Assembly: GCA_964291265.2 (NCBI GenBank)
Contig: OZ219747.1
Coordinates: 3,136,001 to 3,200,000 of the forward strand
DNA length: 64,000 nucleotides
Reading direction: 5' to 3'
Source: Alphaproteobacteria bacterium
Lineage (GTDB): Bacteria > Pseudomonadota > Alphaproteobacteria > SP197
The translations under genes were made by a program, and so were the position numbers. Under the pieces are notes generated by a model. The model worked only from the letters and a program-made list of their open reading frames with translations. It ran no database searches and was not told the DNA's origin. This document shows positions 61,059 to 64,000 of this stretch, piece after piece (position 1 is the first letter of the stretch; each line of letters opens with the position of its first letter).

Positions 61059-61526
61059 TGACTGGCCTCCGGTGATCTCACCGTCACGGAGACAAGCCCC
61101 TCGGCCGACTTCTTGCAAGTCGGTCGAGGGGCAAACACACCAGACCAGCAGACAATTCAAGCAGAAACGACGGAATCCACGTCAAAAATCGCGCAAACGC
61201 TTACCGCGTTCCTCGATGATGAAGGTTCCGGTTGCTCCAGCGAGACCGGGGACGAGGGCGGTTCTGTCCAATGGCACGGTGCGCGATTCGAAGAGCGATG
61301 CACTGCGCCTGGCGATCCGATTCATATCCTTGCCTCGGCGCTTTCGTAGTCTGACCACGCCGGATTCCGATCGTCCGGGCCCTTGCCACTCATGGATGGA
61401 ACCTCTCCACGGCGGTGACGATATCAACGGTCGCACATGCCGATCAAGGAGCCGCGGCGACACCTTGAATTGAGAGGGTCGATATGCGGAAATGGCCTCT
61501 CTGCAACCGAATCCGGGAGAGACCCG

Positions 61527-62408
61527 GTGATCAGACAGTTCGACTACCTGCGCCCCGACAGCATTGATGCGGCAATCGCCATGAAGGTCCGTCACGGGGA
61601 GCGCGCCCGCTACTGGGCCGGTGGTACGGACCTGATGCTGCAGTGGCGTCGAGGTGAGGTGGTGATCGAACACTGCATCGATCTGACACACCTCACCGGG
61701 CTTGACGGCATCGAAGCGGTGTCTGGAGAAATCAGGATCGGGGCGATGGCCACCCTCGACGATCTCCACAGTGCCGCCTTCATGCATCCTGTCATGAAGG
61801 CACTTGGTGACACCGCTCGGCTGATGTGCACGAAACAGACCCGCACCCTTGCCACGGTTGGCGGCAACATGTGCAATGCCTCGCCGGGAGCGGATCTTTC
61901 ACCGCTCTTCGTGGCGCTTGAAGCCCGCTGTCTGATTCGGGGGCCGAAGGGGCGGCGCGAAGTTTCGATGGAGGATTTCCTCACCGGTGTGAACAGGACT
62001 GATCTCGGTGAGGAAGAGTTGCTGTGCGCCATTGTCGTGCCGGTACCGCAGGGGGAGCGCGAAGCAAGCTATCGCAGAGTTGCCCGCACGGTGGTCGACA
62101 TTGCCCTGGTGAGCGCGGCAGTGTCGTTGACCGCCGATGGCGGCGCCATCACGGACGCGCGCATTGCACTGGGTTCCGTGGCGCCGGTTCCGGTTCGCGT
62201 GACGGAAGGTGAGAAGGTTCTTTCCGGCAGGCTTCTGGATGACATTGACGCGGCTCGCCTCGAAGAAGCTGCCGATCATGCCGCGACGGTCGCGCGACCG
62301 ATTTCGGATATTCGTGCCGGTGCCGGCTACCGTACGCGGATGTGCCCGGTGCTCGTCCGTCGTGCCCTTGCTGATGCACTGGGGCGGCTCGGAGGAGACG
62401 AAGGATGA
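61527..62408 (+). CDS. Xanthine/CO dehydrogenase family FAD-binding subunit
   Basis: FDYLRP, AGGTDL, ATVGGNMCNASPGAD, ALGSVAP, PISDIRA...YR. Confidence 0.92.
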   Translation: MIRQFDYLRPDSIDAAIAMKVRHGERARYWAGGTDLMLQWRRGEVVIEHCIDLTHLTGLDGIEAVSGEIRIGAMATLDDLHSAAFMHPVMKALGDTARLMCTKQTRTLATVGGNMCNASPGADLSPLFVALEARCLIRGPKGRREVSMEDFLTGVNRTDLGEEELLCAIVVPVPQGEREASYRRVARTVVDIALVSAAVSLTADGGAITDARIALGSVAPVPVRVTEGEKVLSGRLLDDIDAARLEEAADHAATVARPISDIRAGAGYRTRMCPVLVRRALADALGRLGGDEG

Positions 62409-62872
62409 TTCGCATGACCGTCAACGGCCGGGCCTTCGATCTCGATGCGAGACCGCACGAGCGCCTTTGTGATCTCCTGAGACGGGCCCTGGGACTCCAT
62501 GGAGTGCGTGTATCGTGCAGCGAAGGAGAATGCGGTTCCTGCACGGTGATCATGGATGGCGAACCCGTCACGTCCTGCCTTGTCCTCGCCATGCAGGCGG
62601 AAGGCCGCGAGATCGTGACTATCGAGGGGCTTGGCAACGAGGATGACCTCCACCCGATCCAAGAGGCGTTCATCGAGGAACAGGGGTTCCAGTGTGCATT
62701 CTGCACACCGGGTTTCATCATGGCGGCGAAAGCCTTCCTTGACGAAAACTCCGATCCGACGGAAGCAGAGGCCGCCATGGCCATGAGCGGAAACATCTGC
62801 CGCTGCGGCGCTTATCCTTACATCGTGAAGTCCGTTATGAATGCGGCGGCGCGGCTGAGGGAAGGGGAGTAG
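62405..62872 (+). CDS. Xanthine dehydrogenase family (2Fe-2S) subunit
   Basis: CSEGECGSCTV, SC, QCAFCTPG, NICRC. Confidence 0.95.
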   Translation: MIRMTVNGRAFDLDARPHERLCDLLRRALGLHGVRVSCSEGECGSCTVIMDGEPVTSCLVLAMQAEGREIVTIEGLGNEDDLHPIQEAFIEEQGFQCAFCTPGFIMAAKAFLDENSDPTEAEAAMAMSGNICRCGAYPYIVKSVMNAAARLREGE

Positions 62873-62906
62873 GGTTCGAACACCGGTTGACCAAGGGAGA
62901 AGAACG

Positions 62907-64000
62907 ATGGCAGCAGCAGGACACCGGTCTGCCTGGAGGATTGCCGGCAAGGGCATTCCCGTGAAGGATGCCCGGGAAAAGGTCACGGGTTCACTGAAGT
63001 ACGCGGTCGACCTCGAAGTCCAGGGCATGGTGCATGGCAAGATCCTGCGCAGTCCCCATGCTCATGCGCGCATCGTCTCCATCGACACCACGAGGGCCGA
63101 GGCGCTTCCCGGCGTACTCGGCGTTATCACCCATCACGACACGCCCCAGAATGTCTGGGAGAACGCTTGGTTCAACTATCGCGGCAAGATTCTGGACGGC
63201 ATCGCCCGCTTTCACGGTGACGACATGGCGGCGGTCGCTGCTGTCAGTGAGGAGGTCGCCGAAGCGGCGCTCGAACTCATCGATGTCGAATACGAGATCC
63301 TCAACGCGGTCTTTGATCCGGAAGAGGCGATGCAACCCGACGCCCCTCAGATACGCGAGGAAGGCAACCTACGTGAACCCTATGTCGTCAAGTGGGGCGA
63401 TGTCGCAAAGGGAGCCGACGAGGCGGATTTCATCGTCGAGACCGAGGTCCGTTTCGCCAGCCAGCAAATGGCGCCGTTGGGTCGCAATGCCTGCATTGCA
63501 GAATGGAACGGTGATCGTGTGACCCTCTGGACCTCGTCGCAGACGCCGTCGGAACTGCGTGACGGCATCCACGAGGCCTTCGGTGTCCCGCTCAGCCGGG
63601 TCCGTGTCATCGCACTGCCGTCGGGAAGCTCCTTCGGCAACTGGTGGAGCGCCAACTTCATGCTCATCACGGCGCTGCTCGCCCGCAAGGTGCGCAAGCC
63701 GGTCAAGATCGAGCTTTCCAACGAGGAGTGCATGGCGACGGTCAAGCGCCGGCACATGGAGATTTCCCGGGGCCGTATGGGATGCCGCAACGACGGCACC
63801 CTGACCCTGGCGGAATTTGATCACATCATCGACAACGGTGGTTATGGCTTCAAGGATGACGTTGGCTTCTTCTGTGTCGACAACTGGGGCCGCGCGGAAC
63901 ACGGGCACTACGCCATTCACGGGGTCAACACGAACCTCCTGACCGCAGGCTGCATGCGTGCGGTCGGTGACGTGACGCTGGGCTCGGTCGTGGAAAAGCT
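62907..64000 (+). CDS. Xanthine dehydrogenase family molybdopterin-binding subunit (runs off the window)
   Basis: Manual translation MAAAGHRSAWRIAGKGIPVKDAREKVTGSLKYAVDL...ILRSPHAHARIVSID. Confidence 0.92.
   Translation, partial: MAAAGHRSAWRIAGKGIPVKDAREKVTGSLKYAVDLEVQGMVHGKILRSPHAHARIVSIDTTRAEALPGVLGVITHHDTPQNVWENAWFNYRGKILDGIARFHGDDMAAVAAVSEEVAEAALELIDVEYEILNAVFDPEEAMQPDAPQIREEGNLREPYVVKWGDVAKGADEADFIVETEVRFASQQMAPLGRNACIAEWNGDRVTLWTSSQTPSELRDGIHEAFGVPLSRVRVIALPSGSSFGNWWSANFMLITALLARKVRKPVKIELSNEECMATVKRRHMEISRGRMGCRNDGTLTLAEFDHIIDNGGYGFKDDVGFFCVDNWGRAEHGHYAIHGVNTNLLTAGCMRAVGDVTLGSVVEK

Larger units (their letters stand above)
56031..61220 (-). mobile_element. Putative five-gene DDE transposon with replication module (boundaries tentative)
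   Basis: Co-oriented Zn/HTH orf, DDE transposase, ExeA-like ATPase, AAA_25 helicase and Toprim gene. Left end starts TGTGG and is preceded by GATGA; GATGA recurs at 61215-61219. Confidence 0.6.

Overview
GC-rich bacterial DNA, most likely alphaproteobacterial (divergent recG / sdhE-mfd block, DUF502, Asp-rich HemB). The many decayed genes and IS relics suggest a host-associated lineage, but that is inference. 1-30 kb: catabolic and transport genes (MttB-family methyltransferase, hutG, penicillin-acylase family, CoA-transferase, hemB, glutaryl-CoA dehydrogenase, two PhyH dioxygenases, CoA ligase, PotABCD-like transporter, LLM oxygenase, dipeptidase, GST, aminotransferase, acyl-CoA dehydrogenase). 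30-43 kb: tandem DsbA genes, Lhr-type helicase plus PdeM, HicAB, recG, sdhE, mfd. 43-50 kb: SDR, DUF1989, IS relics, a broken aldehyde:ferredoxin oxidoreductase, a deacetylase, djlA and tRNA-Val(GAC). After the tRNA lies an accessory island of about 11 kb: a GdmH-like ureohydrolase, an ISKra4-like IS, a coupled DUF6884-like plus GIY-YIG-like gene pair (candidate defence system), a relaxase-helicase relic, and a five-gene DDE transposon-like unit carrying its own RepA-type helicase, Toprim protein and candidate origin repeats (top finding). The window ends in a xanthine-dehydrogenase-family operon. All family assignments come from motif recognition by eye; no searches were run.
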